Under the pieces are notes generated by a model. That model did no database searches. It saw nothing but the letters and a program-made list of their open reading frames with translations, and was not told where the DNA came from. Below, piece by piece: positions 39,806 to 53,209 of a DNA stretch of 64,000 nucleotides. The position numbers and the translations under genes were made by a program. The stretch comes from Podarcis muralis (taxonomy: Eukaryota), in the NCBI RefSeq assembly GCF_964188315.1, contig NC_135671.1:5270001-5334000 (forward strand), read 5' to 3'. Numbering within the stretch: the stretch's first letter is position 1; the number at the start of each line of letters is the position of its first letter.

Positions 39806-42800
39806 GCAAACCATTGGAAACACATTACTGCAGTTTATAGCAGCTCTCTGAAAAGAGAAGTTTCTTACTGAAGTCAGCTTTCTTTTTTTAAGTAGGCTAG
39901 TAGGGTCTTCAAATCTATATCTTACTTTTTTTAACGTGCTGTTTCATTGGGTGCTGGAAGAACACAGGATCCTGGGAAGATTGCTCACAGGGAGACTTAC
40001 TCACAGATCTTTATGAATCTAAATAATCCCCGGGGGTTTGTCTGAATGCCAGGCATCTAAAAATAAAAATGAGAGACCTGAATTCCCTTACTACTTCCTA
40101 CCCATGGATTTTCCAGCTACATGAGCCAAGACGTAGTCATCTCAATAACCAGAAACTGGAATAGTCATAAAGAAAGAAACCTTCCATATGAATGTGTGCA
40201 ACGGTTCCTGCCTCTGCAGAGGCTAAATGAGCAGCTATAAGCTTTATGAGAGACTACAACAATCGTAATGCTAGACTAGCCAGCAATATGCAGTGATCAT
40301 CCATGTATTTATTTGTTAAATTAATATTGAAAAACCTAGTTTGGAAGAAGAGCCCAATGATATATGATGCACTTACAAGTACAGCTTCCAAGAGCCTAGA
40401 CAACGTGCTAGGATGAAGAAGAAAGTGATATCTTTGTCACCTCCGCCTGTAGTGGCGTTTTATCCTCTAATGTGGAGGTTAAAGACACTTCCTGGTCTTT
40501 TGTTGCAGCTTCATGTTTAGAGGACTGTGCAGTTAACCTCTGTAGTCTTTTGTGTTACGTTCTTTCTTTGCTTATCCATGCTGGTGGCTAGACAACTAGT
40601 TGGAGAAAGGAATCTTGTCTGATGTGTGTGCAAGTATCATTCAACACTTGCTTTGTCTTCATTGCCTGGATAAATTCAACACTTAAACTGACCTTCAAAG
40701 ATGTCACAGCAGCCCAAGCACTAATCTATTTACGTGTCTATTTTCTATAGGTAGATTTTTGCTAGGCTACCTTACAATGCTCCCAACAATAGCCTCAGCT
40801 ATATGTTACCCCTTGAGGCTGCAAGTCTAAGCAGGCTTACTCAGAAGCAAGAACTGGTTCTTTATACAGCACTACAGGCATGCCAATGTTTGACTAATGT
40901 TTGTAGTAAGCATGGTTGAAGACGTTAATTGGAGACTGGCTGCAGTCTCAATGCCTGCATTCCTTGAGGTGTTTGAAGATGCAGTTCTCTCCGAACCAGC
41001 TGTGTGTGCTGATTTGGTTTGGTCCAAAATGTACTGCAGGGTCAGGGTCTTTTTAACTGTTTGAAAGTCCTAAATACGACCCTCTGTGCTTCTTTGTCTG
41101 GCCCTTGCAACTCTCTTTGGGCCACACCCTTCACTAGCCCTGCTTTTCATGCCAAATAGTTTTTGCTGGCTGGGATGTGTCTTTAAACTCTGGTAATGCT
41201 TCTTCCCTGCCCGGAGGGAGAATAGAAAGGGGTGGGTATAGAAATTGGCCTACTGCGCAAAGGTAAATTTTACTTTCATTGCTCTGCTCACTTTGGGTTC
41301 TGCCCTCAGCCCATCCCGGCAACATCACAGTTCAAGCCAAGGTTTGGAGTAATGCGGTTGAAAAGTGTGGTGTGAGGGCCAGAAAGCAGTCCTCAGATGT
41401 TCCCCGGCCTTGGGCTGCGTCCATTTTGTAACTCAAAAGAGTATTTAATTAGATCAAGTGAAGGGCTCTCCTCCTTTTCCTTATTAATCCCCCCACCTCC
41501 CGCAAACTGCAGGAACATTTTTAGCTTTAAAATGGTCACAATCCTTAAAACTGTATAGCTTCCTGGATTGGTGGGGGGGGAGAGAATTGGGTTGCGAGGC
41601 AAGTGCATATGCCTCGGTTCTCATTCTTTCAGCCTCAGACAGTTTATCCTAAAAGGTAGTGTGTGTATACTTATTTAAAGAGTAATAGTCACCTCTCCTT
41701 CAGGTTCATGTAAGCTGCTAGTAGAGACTTGATCACACCAATTTTGTTGTCCTTCAAATGATGTTGTTGCCCTACATTCCGTGTCTTCTGGAGGGCAGTA
41801 AGCATGCTCATTCCTCTGGCTTTTTTTAATTGCACAAACTGATCATTTTTTCTGCGTATCTCGAAACTTGCCAAATATACTGAAACTGCTACCTTGTATG
41901 TGGTTAGCCACTGTGGGCTACCTCATATGTTTTGCTGTATGGGACCACAAAGTCCAGTATTGGATGGAACAAGGAGGAGCTCAAAATGTGGTGTAGCTTT
42001 GACTTGCTTCCAAATTATTAAGTACAGGAACACTGAAGTTTGATACTGGGAGGAGTGCTAGTGATGACCATGTAATATGTAAATGGATTGCTGTGTTGTC
42101 AGTTTACCTCTGATTTGTCTTCTGTACACACTGGTGTGACTTGCAGAATTTTCTTGACTTGACTGATAAGCAGATTTGAGAGCTTTTGGTACTCACCAGC
42201 AGAAGCAGAGTTGTCTCGTGCTGCAATTTTCAGTGCATGGCGGTATGCTTCACTGTCACACTTTAGCCAGTAAGCAAAGGAAAGAAGGATTGCAAGGGGT
42301 GGGGTGGGGTGGAACAAAAATACTACGTACCCATCTTCATTGAAGTATGAATCCTGTAACACTGGCTGCGTCAAAGGTATATAGCTCAGTTTTCTGATTT
42401 ATTTATTTTTAAACCATTGTCACCCCAGTTAATAGAACTATGGTTGTTGAATGTGGCTTATGTATATGATAACTGTTGGGCCTGCAGAGGCACACACATC
42501 TCAGATGAAATGTCAGATCATCATCAGGTCACTTTATGTGTGGAGGAAGGGAATGCCTATATTGAAAGACCCCAGAGCCAGTAACTGCTTATGCTCTGCT
42601 CTCGCTGGATAAGGATAAATTGGAGTCCTCCCTTACAGTGTTAGAAAAATATCAAATATGTGACACATACAAGGCCTGAATTACAGCGGAGTAGCAAAGA
42701 CAAATGCAGTCACCAACAGAGGGCAATACTGCACTTTTGTATTGTTTTAATTGCTGCTCCTATATAAATGGTACTCCTATTTATATTCAAATACCTTCAG

Positions 42801-43139
42801 TAGCTTCCTATTTAAGACTGCTCTGAATTGTTATCACACACACCCCATACCACAGTGAAACTTGAGAATCAGTTTCCCTAAATGCTGTCCAGTTTGATGG
42901 GGGATAATATGAACTTGGGGGAGGGATTCCTTTCTCAAATCAAAAATTAGTGTGAGCATGTTAGCAATGGCTGCTTGTCCACTTTTAACTATTTCGTAGT
43001 CAGCGTTAGAAATTAGCCAGGCACGTTTTGTGACTGGCACGGGTTCAATTGTGACCAGATGGAGATCTCTGGATGACAGGCTGGTGACTGACATCTTCAC
43101 CTGGCTTGGCCCCTCCAGCTTTCTTAAGCACGCAAGCAG

Positions 43140-43355
43140 AAGAGCTTATTTACTGCCTTTCCATCCCACCTTTTTCTCTAGGAGTACACGGTTCGCCCCA
43201 TCCTCAGTTAATCCCTACAATGACCCCGTGAGGTAAGTGAAGAGGCTGTGACTTGCCCAAGGTCACTCAGTGAGCTTCAGGGTTCAAATCCCCACTCAGT
43301 CATGATCGCCCAGGTCCAAGTCTGATACTCTAACCACTACACCACACTGGCTTCC
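43140..43355 (-). mobile_element. MIR-related (Ther1/Squam3-like) SINE
   Basis: Reverse complement begins ggaagccagtgtggtgtagtggttagagtatcagac...gaccttgggcaagtcac. Confidence 0.7.
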
Positions 43356-44205
43356 TAGAATACTTCTGCTATGGGACAGCTACTTAACTTAAGTACATAA
43401 ATATGGAGAAAGGAAAATGTCAGTTAGAGAAGGATCTGAAATCTTGTCCTTGAAGCTTGAATTTGTTTTATACTGGATTGTTTTATTTGGTGCTTTATTT
43501 TTTTCTTAAAAATATAAAGTGTTATAGAAATGAAATTCAGAATAATAATCCACACTGTTGGGGGGTGGGGATGACACCTGGACATACCGTTGTGGCTGTA
43601 ACAGCCACATAATTATTCTTTCCAGGAAACAGTGAAGGCATACTGCATAGAGTAGGTTTTGGAATGAGGGGGAACTCTGATGGAATGAATTTATGAGTTG
43701 CTTGAAACTGCTGCTTTTATTAACTATATTGAGATAATTATTTTTGAATTTGTGTTTGGGGATGTAAATGTCTTTTAGTATGTTATAAACTACCCTAAGG
43801 CCTTCTGGCAAAGGGCAGTAGATCTCTTAAATAAGCTGAATACCAACCATGTTGCTTTTAGGGGTGAATCATGCCCCTTCCCTGTTAAAAAATACATTTG
43901 TTTGACTCCTTATGAAGTAATCACCTTTGCCGTGCATAAATGGTTATACCAGAGAAAGATGCTTAAGTGATGAGTGCAGAACATTAAATCAGTAGAGAAT
44001 TACTGTATCAGATTTCATTGCCATTTTGTATTGCAATTTTTTTTTTGTAACCACAAAGACTTGAGGATGTGAACATTGTCCTCATTATAGAAGCCTAGTT
44101 TGCCTCTTAAAATTAATTTTGTACCATTTTACTCTTCGGCCTACCAATTACATTGAAAGACAAGGTTTACGTAGGTTACGTGTTATGTTGAACACTGAAG
44201 GTTTA

Positions 44206-44211
44206 AATAAA
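44206..44211 (+). terminator. GNE: Candidate distal GNE poly(A) signal AATAAA (proximal candidate at 40062-40067)
   Basis: Hexamer after an AT-rich UTR-like block; no transcript evidence. Confidence 0.4.
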
Positions 44212-44510
44212 AATGAAAGCTATTAAGTATGTCCCAAGTTTCTGGAATTATTTCATTTTCAATCAACACGTCACTCATGTAGTCTAAAGAAACCATACAC
44301 ATCAACCTATTACTAAATTCCTAAAATTGAAGGAGTGAAGCTGTATAGAACACTGGTATTCAACTTGTGAGTCGGGAGTTGCCAACAGGAATGGACACAG
44401 CTGGCAAATCTGGTAAAATGAACTCCTAGCCGCAGAGAATACTTGGGCCCCTAGTGTTAGCTGCGCAAGATGCCCAACATGGCTGCAGCCTATTCATTCA
44501 TAGCCTAGCT

Positions 44511-44749
44511 CAGATGCAGGGAACCTCTGGCCTTCCACATTTTGCTGAACTGCAACTCCCATCATCCCCGGTCATCAAGAATCCTAGGATTGTAGAGGAG
44601 AGACCGTAAGGGTCATCTAGTCCAACTCCCTGCGATGCAGGAAAATCTCTCGTGCTCTGACAGAATTATGCAACATCTGCCATTCATGCTGGGGATGGTC
44701 CAAGTTGGAAGTTCAGCATCTTCTGGGGAGCAATGTTTCCCCACACCTG
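44511..44749. mobile_element. Palindromic squamate MITE with an inserted CR1/tRNA-SINE tail (about 44578-44648)
   Basis: Arms gaacctctggcc...gctgaactgcaactcccatcatcccc / ggggatggtccaagttggaagttcagc...tttccccacacctg split by ggtcatctagtccaactccctgcgatgcagg. Confidence 0.55.
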
Positions 44750-45945
44750 GCCTACTTCTTAGCCATGTGCAGAACACAACTACTAAACCACACTCAGGAG
44801 GTTCTCCCTCTGGCTGGCCACTAAGGAGACTGGGGACTCCGTAAGTGAGAAATGTGGAGGTTGCCAACACAGTACACTCCTATGCCACTGGGTAGGGCAA
44901 GCTAGGAGACATTCCTGAAATTAGAAACAGTTCCAGCTCTTATGTGGAGACTGCCTCTCACCCCTCCACCCCCACCAAGCTAGCAATAAAATGAAGAAAG
45001 CTTGTTAGTGTTAGTATTAATGTGGAAGTTTGTTCAATGAGAGTTGCAAGGGGGGGGGGGAGACCCAGCTTTTCTGGTTAAGGTGGGACAAGGGGGTGGA
45101 TGACATTTTACCTAGGAGACTGGCTGTTTAATAGGATGCTTGAGTTGGCCCTGCCTCTGGAGTCCAACAAAGGAATTAAAACAATCCACGTTGCCCTCAA
45201 AAGAATAGCAGTTACACCTTTTGGAGGTGGCTTTTAGGCAGAAAGCTAAACTATTGCCACATGCTAAGAACAGCATTGCCAATTTCTAGCCATTTGTTTC
45301 TTTGACAGCAAATATAATTTCACCAGCTACATACAGGTTTTTCCTGTTGTATCACTCAAGAATGACTTCTGCCACTGAAGGAATTTTCCCTGCTGCCATC
45401 TGGAAAAATTTAAAGTACCCTCAGGTGCTGGATTTGGAAATCCTTTTCGCACCAGAGACATCCCCCGTCCCCAAACCTACCTACAGGTTCCATTTGTTGG
45501 ACCCAGTTTCTGTTAACCACTTCCAGTTTTTCTACCATTCCTCTAAACACACACCAGCCAAGAGCAGTAGCAGTTCGCAAAGAAACCACAGCTCTACATT
45601 AAGCTAGCAGTTAGGGGGGGGGGGGGAAATGTATGAAACAACCCCCAAGCCATCTGCCTTAATACCTGGTGCTATAGCTTATTCCACTGAAGGCACAGCT
45701 GTAGGGGGTAAAGCCTCTTGTTAAAAAAACAACACAGTGGAAAGGGCCATGCATTAGATGATAACTGTAAAAAGAGAACTCCATTTGCTTTGCCTTTTAT
45801 AGGACCATTAAGAACGTGATTGCTTCAAAACACATTCTTTAAAATTAGCAGCCATACAGGCCCGAGCCCAGCTACTGAGCAAGCTTTAACAAGAAAGTTG
45901 CCTTGACTTATTAAATCCCACACAAGAGTGCCGCTTAAACAGATC

Positions 45946-45951
45946 TTTAAT
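45946..45951 (-). terminator. CLTA: Probable CLTA poly(A) signal ATTAAA
   Basis: About 300 nt past the stop; context tgaaaATTAAAgatctgttt resembles the recalled mammalian CLTA 3' end. Confidence 0.55.
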
Positions 45952-46248
45952 TTTCAGTACAGCTGAAAGTGAAGTCTCTGCGCCAGGGAGCCCAAAGACT
46001 ACAGTTCTTGACGTCTCTTCCCAGTAATGTACAACCAGGAGGACACGGATAAGGGGGAGGAGGGGGAGAAAAAAAAACATGCAATCACAAAACAATGATC
46101 AAACTCTAAGTACGTCATGAGGTTTGGTCCCAAACAAAAAAACAACCCCCAAAAACATTGAAACATAATTAATCCAATTACTGCAAACACAGCTTCTCTG
46201 AGTAAAGTTAAAGATATTGCATTTGTAGTGTGGCGTGCGCTTTCCCCT

Positions 46249-46420
46249 TCAGCGAACCAGCGGAGCCTGCTTGAGTGAAATCAGCACCGAGCGCATGCGG
46301 GAAACATCCTTTGCCTGCTTACTTGACTTGGGGTTAAAGTCACAGAGCCGAGCCACACGTTCCCACTCAGTGCCTGGGGAAGATTCGTCAACATCGTTCA
46401 CAAAGGCTTCTTCAGCTGCC
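46249..46420 (-). CDS. CLTA: CLTA last coding exon (exon 7)
   Basis: AAEEAFVNDVDESSPGTEWERVARLCDFNPKSSKQAKDVSRMRSVLISLKQAPLVR*; acceptor ttctag|. Confidence 0.98.
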
Positions 46421-47578
46421 CTAGAAGAAATGCAGTGCAATGTTTGATTTCATCCGTGGACATTTCCTGCCCCCAGGAGCCCCTTGCTTCCTGGAATCCA
46501 TCCCTCGCCCCTACACACAATGGGCTTCAAGTCAACTGTAGCACCTTGAGGTCTTCCCCCACATCCTCCTCCCCAAAAAGTCCTGACAAGGGAGATTGGG
46601 TAGCGAGTCGGGCCCACAGGACCGGAGAAGCCAAGTAAAATGTTGGAATACAGGTGTTTAATTTAAGCGAACAGTATAAACCCAGCCTTGAACTACAGGG
46701 TACCTTCATGATGCTGTTAAAGGGTACACCGGCTATGTATAGAGAGGGAGACTGGGACTGCCACAAAATCAAGGTGTGCAGTTTATGTAATCGGGGCCCA
46801 AAAGGGTGGACTTTACATGCAGAGGTCCCTGTGCAAACATGACACCATCCAGTGCACAGAATTCAGATTAACTGGTAGGGTCAGGCAAGATTCCAATCTC
46901 CTTATCATCCTCAAGTTTTGGATAGGGCACACATTCTTTGGGGAGGGGGGCGCTAACCATCCTGGTTGAGTATGCTAGGAATTTGTGCTAAAAACTGCCC
47001 TTAAAAGTTTTCAAATGCCACCATTTCCAAGGCTCACAAAACCATGGTGTAAGAGAGTATATGACAGCATTTCCAATGCTATGGTGAAGCAGCAAAAGAG
47101 TCACAGGCTCATGCTTGTAAGTGCTATGGACTTGATGGTATCGGTTGGAGCAGGAGAGATCAACAAAAGGTCAGCTCAGAGGATAACTTTGCCTATTCCT
47201 CCATACACACAGTTGTGCTCAGTGGACATCTCTGTAAGAATCTATGTTATCCTTCCAACATTGGTGCACTGCTAACCGTATTGCATGAACAAAATGATTC
47301 CCACCCCCAACGGCTGGTTAAAGCAAACAGTGAAGCCCTGGATTTCACACATGGGCGGATGCCGTGAGCAGCCTAATTATGGGAGAGGGAAGAGGATGAC
47401 TTCATCTACTCCAACAAGCAGTATAGAAAAGAAGCAATGATGATGGATCCCATGAGGTTAAGCACAGTTCACAAGGATGATTGTATTTTACAAACACCAC
47501 TGATGACGAGGGGGTCACTACAACACTGCTATTTCATGTGACAAAGACACTTAAGGGGCAGTGAAGAATTTACTTAAC

Positions 47579-47614
47579 TGTTCTAGGCTGTAGCAAGGAT
47601 GGTTTATGTTTGTG
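47579..47614 (-). CDS. CLTA: CLTA alternative exon 6 (36 nt, neural insert)
   Basis: TNINHPCYSLEQ; frame-preserving; donor GTTAAG. Confidence 0.95.
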
Positions 47615-49284
47615 CTTAAAGGTGAAGAGAAACAAAAAGGAGAGTTTAAGTCAGATATAGAAAATGAAAATGAGCATAATGCAGATGATAAGTAAAGCTG
47701 GCCAGACATGCACTTCTCGCAGCACCGTCTACAGTCAGGAAAACATGCCACCCATGTTATCCTGCAGCAACGGCACTGCAGAATTTTCTCCCCCACTGGC
47801 TACGGGAAACAAGTCCTTCTGCATTAACAGAAAAGGGCACCTGTGAGTCCAGCATTTCACAAGTCCAACACTATTCTAGGTAACTGTCAAACCAAATTTC
47901 CACCGGTAGGGGGGTGGGCTTTAAATACAAGACACGAAACAGAAACTTGCATGCAAGAACCATCTGCCTCTTCAGGTGCTGTCATGGATCTCTCCTGGTG
48001 GACCAGGCAGGCTGTGAAACAGGAAGGATCTGATGTATAAGGGGTCACCAGTTTGATCTGCTATTTCCCAATGGGTCATTTGAGTGGGGCCATGTCAATC
48101 AAATAAAGCTTGCCCCCCATGAAGTTGAAGGCAGAGCAACTTCTTCTACCTCCTGATCTTGTCACTCGGGTGACGGCTTTCAAAAACGAAACAAGCAACA
48201 AGGGCACTGTGTTGCTCTTGCTCCTTTTCATTGCTTAGAGCAGCCTCCCCTAATTTTGGGTCCCCGGATGTTGCAGGACAGCAACTCCTGTTATCCCCAG
48301 CCATTGGCCATGCTGACTGGGAATGACAGGTTTTGTAATCCATCAACGTATCAGGAGCCAAGGCTGGGGAAGGGTGGGCTTAGAAGCATTGCCACTATTT
48401 GGGCAAGGCAACAGCTCTGCCTCCTATGACGATCCTGCTCCTCAGTCTTGACTAGCACTAACCAGCATAGGGACCATCACCTTCTTAGTAGGTGCACTGC
48501 AGGGTGGAAGACTTCCTAATTCAGAGTACCAACCAGCCAAGAAACATCACATGTGCAAGCAACTCCTAGTACGGAAATGGTCATCCTGTAGATTTGAGGT
48601 TGGTGTAGAAGAATATCAGCCAAATGAATCTAATGTTAGAGTAAAAAAAAGTCTAACTTCCAGAAATAGAAAGATACTGGTTATTTCTTCTCTATATGAA
48701 GTGCAACAAATCTGACCTGTTCATGTAGTATATAGCAGTCCTACCATACTTCATGCCAACATAATTGGCATTTTAATTAATTTGATAAAACACATCCAAG
48801 CCTTCTGCACTCCCTACTGACTCCTATCCTGTGTTTTATATACTACTTACTGCTCATCAAGCACAGCTTTTTAAAGCTATTATAGCACACATGCAGCTCT
48901 GAAGTTGGACATGCTCCTTGCACCCAACTTTATATGGCCAGATTTCTAAACTGCGCAATATGTTGCTGTTTAGCACCTAGCTGCTGGCACACAGAAATAA
49001 CCAACCACTGGTTCTTCCAATCTTCAGATTTCCAAATACCTGTCAGCTTAATTTGGTTGGGGGAAATCTCAACTGCACTTTGATAGAGGCAATTCCTTTC
49101 CAACATACCTTTGACAGCTCCCTTTCAGCCAGACCCGCTTCCTAAAAGACTTACAGAACTCAGCAGTGTGACTTAGAAGCAAGCAATGTTCAATCCTGCC
49201 ATTTTATTTCAGCCACAGCATGGATGGCCAACTCCCATATGGTAATAGAAACCATGCTGTTCTCTCATCAGCTGTCAGACTAGG

Positions 49285-49564
49285 CAGGGGCCAGCAAGGT
49301 TTACCTCGCCTGGGCTGGTTCACTCCTGCGGAGATCGCTCCGTGGGCTGGGTTGCGTCTGTACAGACGTGATTTCTGGTGTCTGCACATGCGCAGATGTG
49401 ATTTCCGGCACCGCGGAAGCAAGTCCCTGCTCCGCACTGTGCCAGTTTAGTGCAGCGTGTGGGGACTTGCTGAGCGGCGGCTCAGTTCGGGGGTGGCTCA
49501 TGGATTGTTTAAACGACCCCCGTGGGCCACTTGTGGCTCATGGGCCGCATGTTGCTGACCCCTG
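49285..49564. mobile_element. hAT-Charlie-like MITE
   Basis: CAGGGGCCAGCAAGGT ... ATGTTGCTGACCCCTG; degenerate TSD gactagg / gacgagg. Confidence 0.75.
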
Positions 49565-50113
49565 GACGAGGGAGTAAGTCTGTTTTGCGTTACAATCTAC
49601 ATCCTTTCATGGATCGTCAGGCTCTAATCAAATCTATGCCACCCAGAAATGAAAGCCTTCAGCATTTTATTCAAAAGCCAAATGAGAAAAAGATTAGCTG
49701 TGGAACAGCTCTCCTTCCAGCTTAGGAAGCCCTTCTTCCTTCTTTCAGTTTTACTTGTAAACTTTCATTATACTCTCGAGGGTCCAAGGGTCCCATGAAT
49801 TGCTTCATGGACCAGATGTGGCTGCAAAGAAGACAGATGGCCATCGCTGAGCTTCAGTATTCCTTCCTACTTTATCACCACCACTAAATAGGCCTTTCCA
49901 TCTTGTGAATGAAAGCTGTACTCGCCCTGCCCCACATCCTTCCCATATCCTGGATCCTTGTGATTTGTTCTATTGCAGAACGTGCCTCTCTGCCCCAAGT
50001 TGTTTGTTCTCGGGACGCTTTGAGAACAGTAAGCCTCACAGATCAGAAGTGCTAACTGAAGCTGATGGAGAATGGTTCAAACGAACGAACAAAACAGTAG
50101 TTAGGCAACATAC

Positions 50114-50167
50114 ACATAACCAATCATGTCAGCGAAGGGTTGTTTGAAGAAAGCTTCGTCTGCCACC
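50114..50167 (-). CDS. CLTA: CLTA alternative exon 5 (54 nt, neural insert)
   Basis: VADEAFFKQPFADMIGYV; acceptor cctag|, donor GTATGT. Confidence 0.96.
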
Positions 50168-50865
50168 CTAGGTGGCAAGGTGGTCCACAGAAGAGGCAAG
50201 CAGGCAGGAGAGAAAAAGAGAAGATAAGCAGAAGGAAAAAACAGCTGTAGTCGTATTAGGCTTAATATATTAAAACATGCAACAAGACCTTAGAAATATT
50301 AAGAAATTCCCAGGCAGGAAAAATATTAAGAAAATGGTTTAAGCATCGTTAAAAGGATGCTCTGGTCCAGAGCAGGTAGAAGGCTGGTTCCCGACACACC
50401 ATAATCTTCATACTGAGAGTCGGACTCCACCACACCACCCCTCCCAGCCCAGGCCTTCCTTACGGTTCTGCATTACAGGTGCACCAATGCAAACCAAGGC
50501 ACTCTGCTTGTAACTACTGAAATAGATTTGTAAACTGTGACTCACTAGGGCCCTGGGCTTGCATTAGGCATTTGTGTTAGTGCTTTGGTTAAGGCCAAAA
50601 AAGGAAGAGAATTGAGCCAGAAAGCAAATGAACGCAAGTTCACAAGGCTGGCTCCCAATCTGCACACCGTGGTTGGTACAGGTAAGAATTATGTCTGCAC
50701 CAGCAAACTGCCCTGTGACATCTGTGCTCTCTGTCATGTCGTCCCCCATTTTAAACAGTTCGCATATTTGTACGAGTTTCAAAACTGCAGCACTGCGAAA
50801 CTTAGCTAAGTAAGAGACAAGTTCAGTTTTCTGTCTTAAGAGCCTAGCAATTAAAGGAAGAAATA

Positions 50866-51032
50866 CTGTAGTTTTCCATGTATAAGACTAGGGGTTTTTT
50901 TATACTAAAAATAATGATTTAAAAAGGGGGGTAGTCTTATACATGAGGTCAATCTCCTCCCCATTTTCTTAGAGTCCCCAAAAATAGGGAGCGTCTTATA
51001 CAAGGGGGAATGTTATACATGGAAAAATATGG
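50866..51032. mobile_element. Short Tc2/Kanga-like MITE
   Basis: ta|CTGTAGTTTTCCATGTATAA ... TTATACATGGAAAAATATGG|ta. Confidence 0.75.
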
Positions 51033-52601
51033 TAATCCTTAATGTCATGACCAATCCAATCCAATCCAAGGTAACTGAACGCTATAGGACTTTTTTGGGG
51101 ATGGGGTGGGGGGATAATATTTTATTGATCTGTTAAGAAAAAGTGGGGGATAAATAAGAAGAAATGCAGCTATAGGACTTCTGAACTATCCTAAACAGGA
51201 ATATATTAGTATTAATTTGAATTATTGGTCACCTGAAACACCTGTGGATTTGGTAATATTTTTAACTTGTTGGTTTTATAGACCCAGCTGCCTTACTAGG
51301 TTATGAAAAAGCAGGGTTCAAAAACCTGTGCAACCACTGACTCATCTGCCACTAGCAAATAGGACTAGGATGCCCTGGGTTCAAATCCACATTTTGGCCA
51401 CAAAGCTCCATCTACAGCCTTGGATAAATGGCCACATTTTAGCCTAAAACACATCAGAGGTTGTTGGCAAAACAGAAAAGGTGACTTCAGGCACCCCACC
51501 CTGAACATTTTTGAGGAATGACAGAATTCTGCTTTCCCCCTTTGGCTGCTTGTAGTTTTCAACAAGAAGGAAGCAGGTCTCTTCTAGATTTGAGAGTTGG
51601 TTCTTAAGATAAAAGACAGTTACCTGTTTATAGAAAGCCATGGGCAGGGGGGGAAATGAAAGGCAAAAAGGACAGAACAAATGATCAGCTAAGTGCCATA
51701 AGCAGACAAAGACCAGGCTACCTCCCTGCTAATTTATACCATCATCATCAGATTTTGTCCTACAAAATCTCCTCCTCTAAGATACTCCCGCCCACAATAT
51801 CTTGACTCAATACACTGTAAGCAGAGAGCAAAGTACACTTAAGCTCAATTAAATGAGTGGCCTGCTTACTGCTTCTCAGGCAGTCCTACAACAGAGTATT
51901 TATTTTGTTAGTTGATTTATAAAGGAGGCCTTCAGCAACAAACATGCAAAAAAAAGGCTCTCAGGGCAAGACGCACTGAATGCAACTATGCATTCGTGTT
52001 CTGCTGAAGTCTCACTGGTTCCGCCAATTTCCATCGGCTGAGGACACCCAGTGGATTTTGCCTGAGTCCTAGTGAATCATTGCTGCCATTATTATGCGTC
52101 CAAGCATACGGCTTGAGAAGAAAGCCCAGACAATGCCAAGTGTTTTAAATTAATACTGGCATAAAGCTGGCAACGCAATCGGGCTCTACACTGGCTTCCC
52201 CAGGACTAATCACCATTAGAGTTCTAACTCCTCTTTTGAGACATGCTCAAAGATTTGGCTACACCCTGCAATTTTTTCTTTTACTCATTCTCTTTGAAAA
52301 AGACTTTTGCCCTGAAGAATCACAACTACTACAGAAATAAGCCCCTTTAATAAAAAGAGGATTACTACACAGCATGGGAGGCTGTTGAGCAGCTTGTGTG
52401 GCCTAGTTTCACGATCGTGTTGAATTGCACGATAAAGCCTGTTCACCTTGCTGGCACGAGAAACTGCAAGCATTCTGAATTCAGCATGTCGCCTTTTCCT
52501 TTTCCAGACTTGCCATGAGCAGAGTTAGGTTTTTGGTTTTTTTTAAGGACACATGGGAAAGAACCATGTAGCTCTTAGAAGGGCTGCTTAGCATCGTAAT
52601 A

Positions 52602-53209
52602 CAGTGGTAGCTTGGTTCTCAAATGCCAAAAACCCGGAAGTAATTGTTCTGGTTTTGGAACATTTTTTGGAAGCCAAATGTCCGATGCTGCTGTTGGCTA
52701 TTGTTTCCGGGGTGCCTGCATCAATCAGAAGCTGTGCCTTGGTTTTTGAACATTTTGGAAGTCAAACGACGTCCGGAACGGATTAAGTTTGGCGCTTATT
52801 GTTTTTGGTATTTATTTTGTGTTTTTGTTTTTGAGGCTTTTTCAGTTAATTTGTTTTTGTGACTGTGTGGAACCCAGTTCAGCTACTAATTGATTGACTG
52901 TGTGACTGCAGAAATGGATAAAAGGCCCTCATCCAAACAATGACTATCATCAGTGCAGGTAAGTTTTTTTTTATTTTTAATTTTAATCATCTACAATACT
53001 GTCTTATTTATTTTATAGTGTAGTACATTGATTATTGCTTTCATTTTATGGATCTATGGTCTTGTTAGGTAGTAAAATTCATGTTCAATTGCCGTTTTAG
53101 GGGTTGTTTTTAAAAATCTGGAATGGATTAATCCATTCTGCATTACTTTCTATGGGAAAGCGTGCCTTGGTTTTGGAAAGGACTTCCAGAACGGATTAAG
53201 GTACCACTG
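52602..53209. mobile_element. Tigger-type non-autonomous element, longer variant
   Basis: ta|CAGTGGTA ... GTACCACTG|ta; interior homologous to the MITEs at 13086, 61425 and 63095. Confidence 0.8.
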
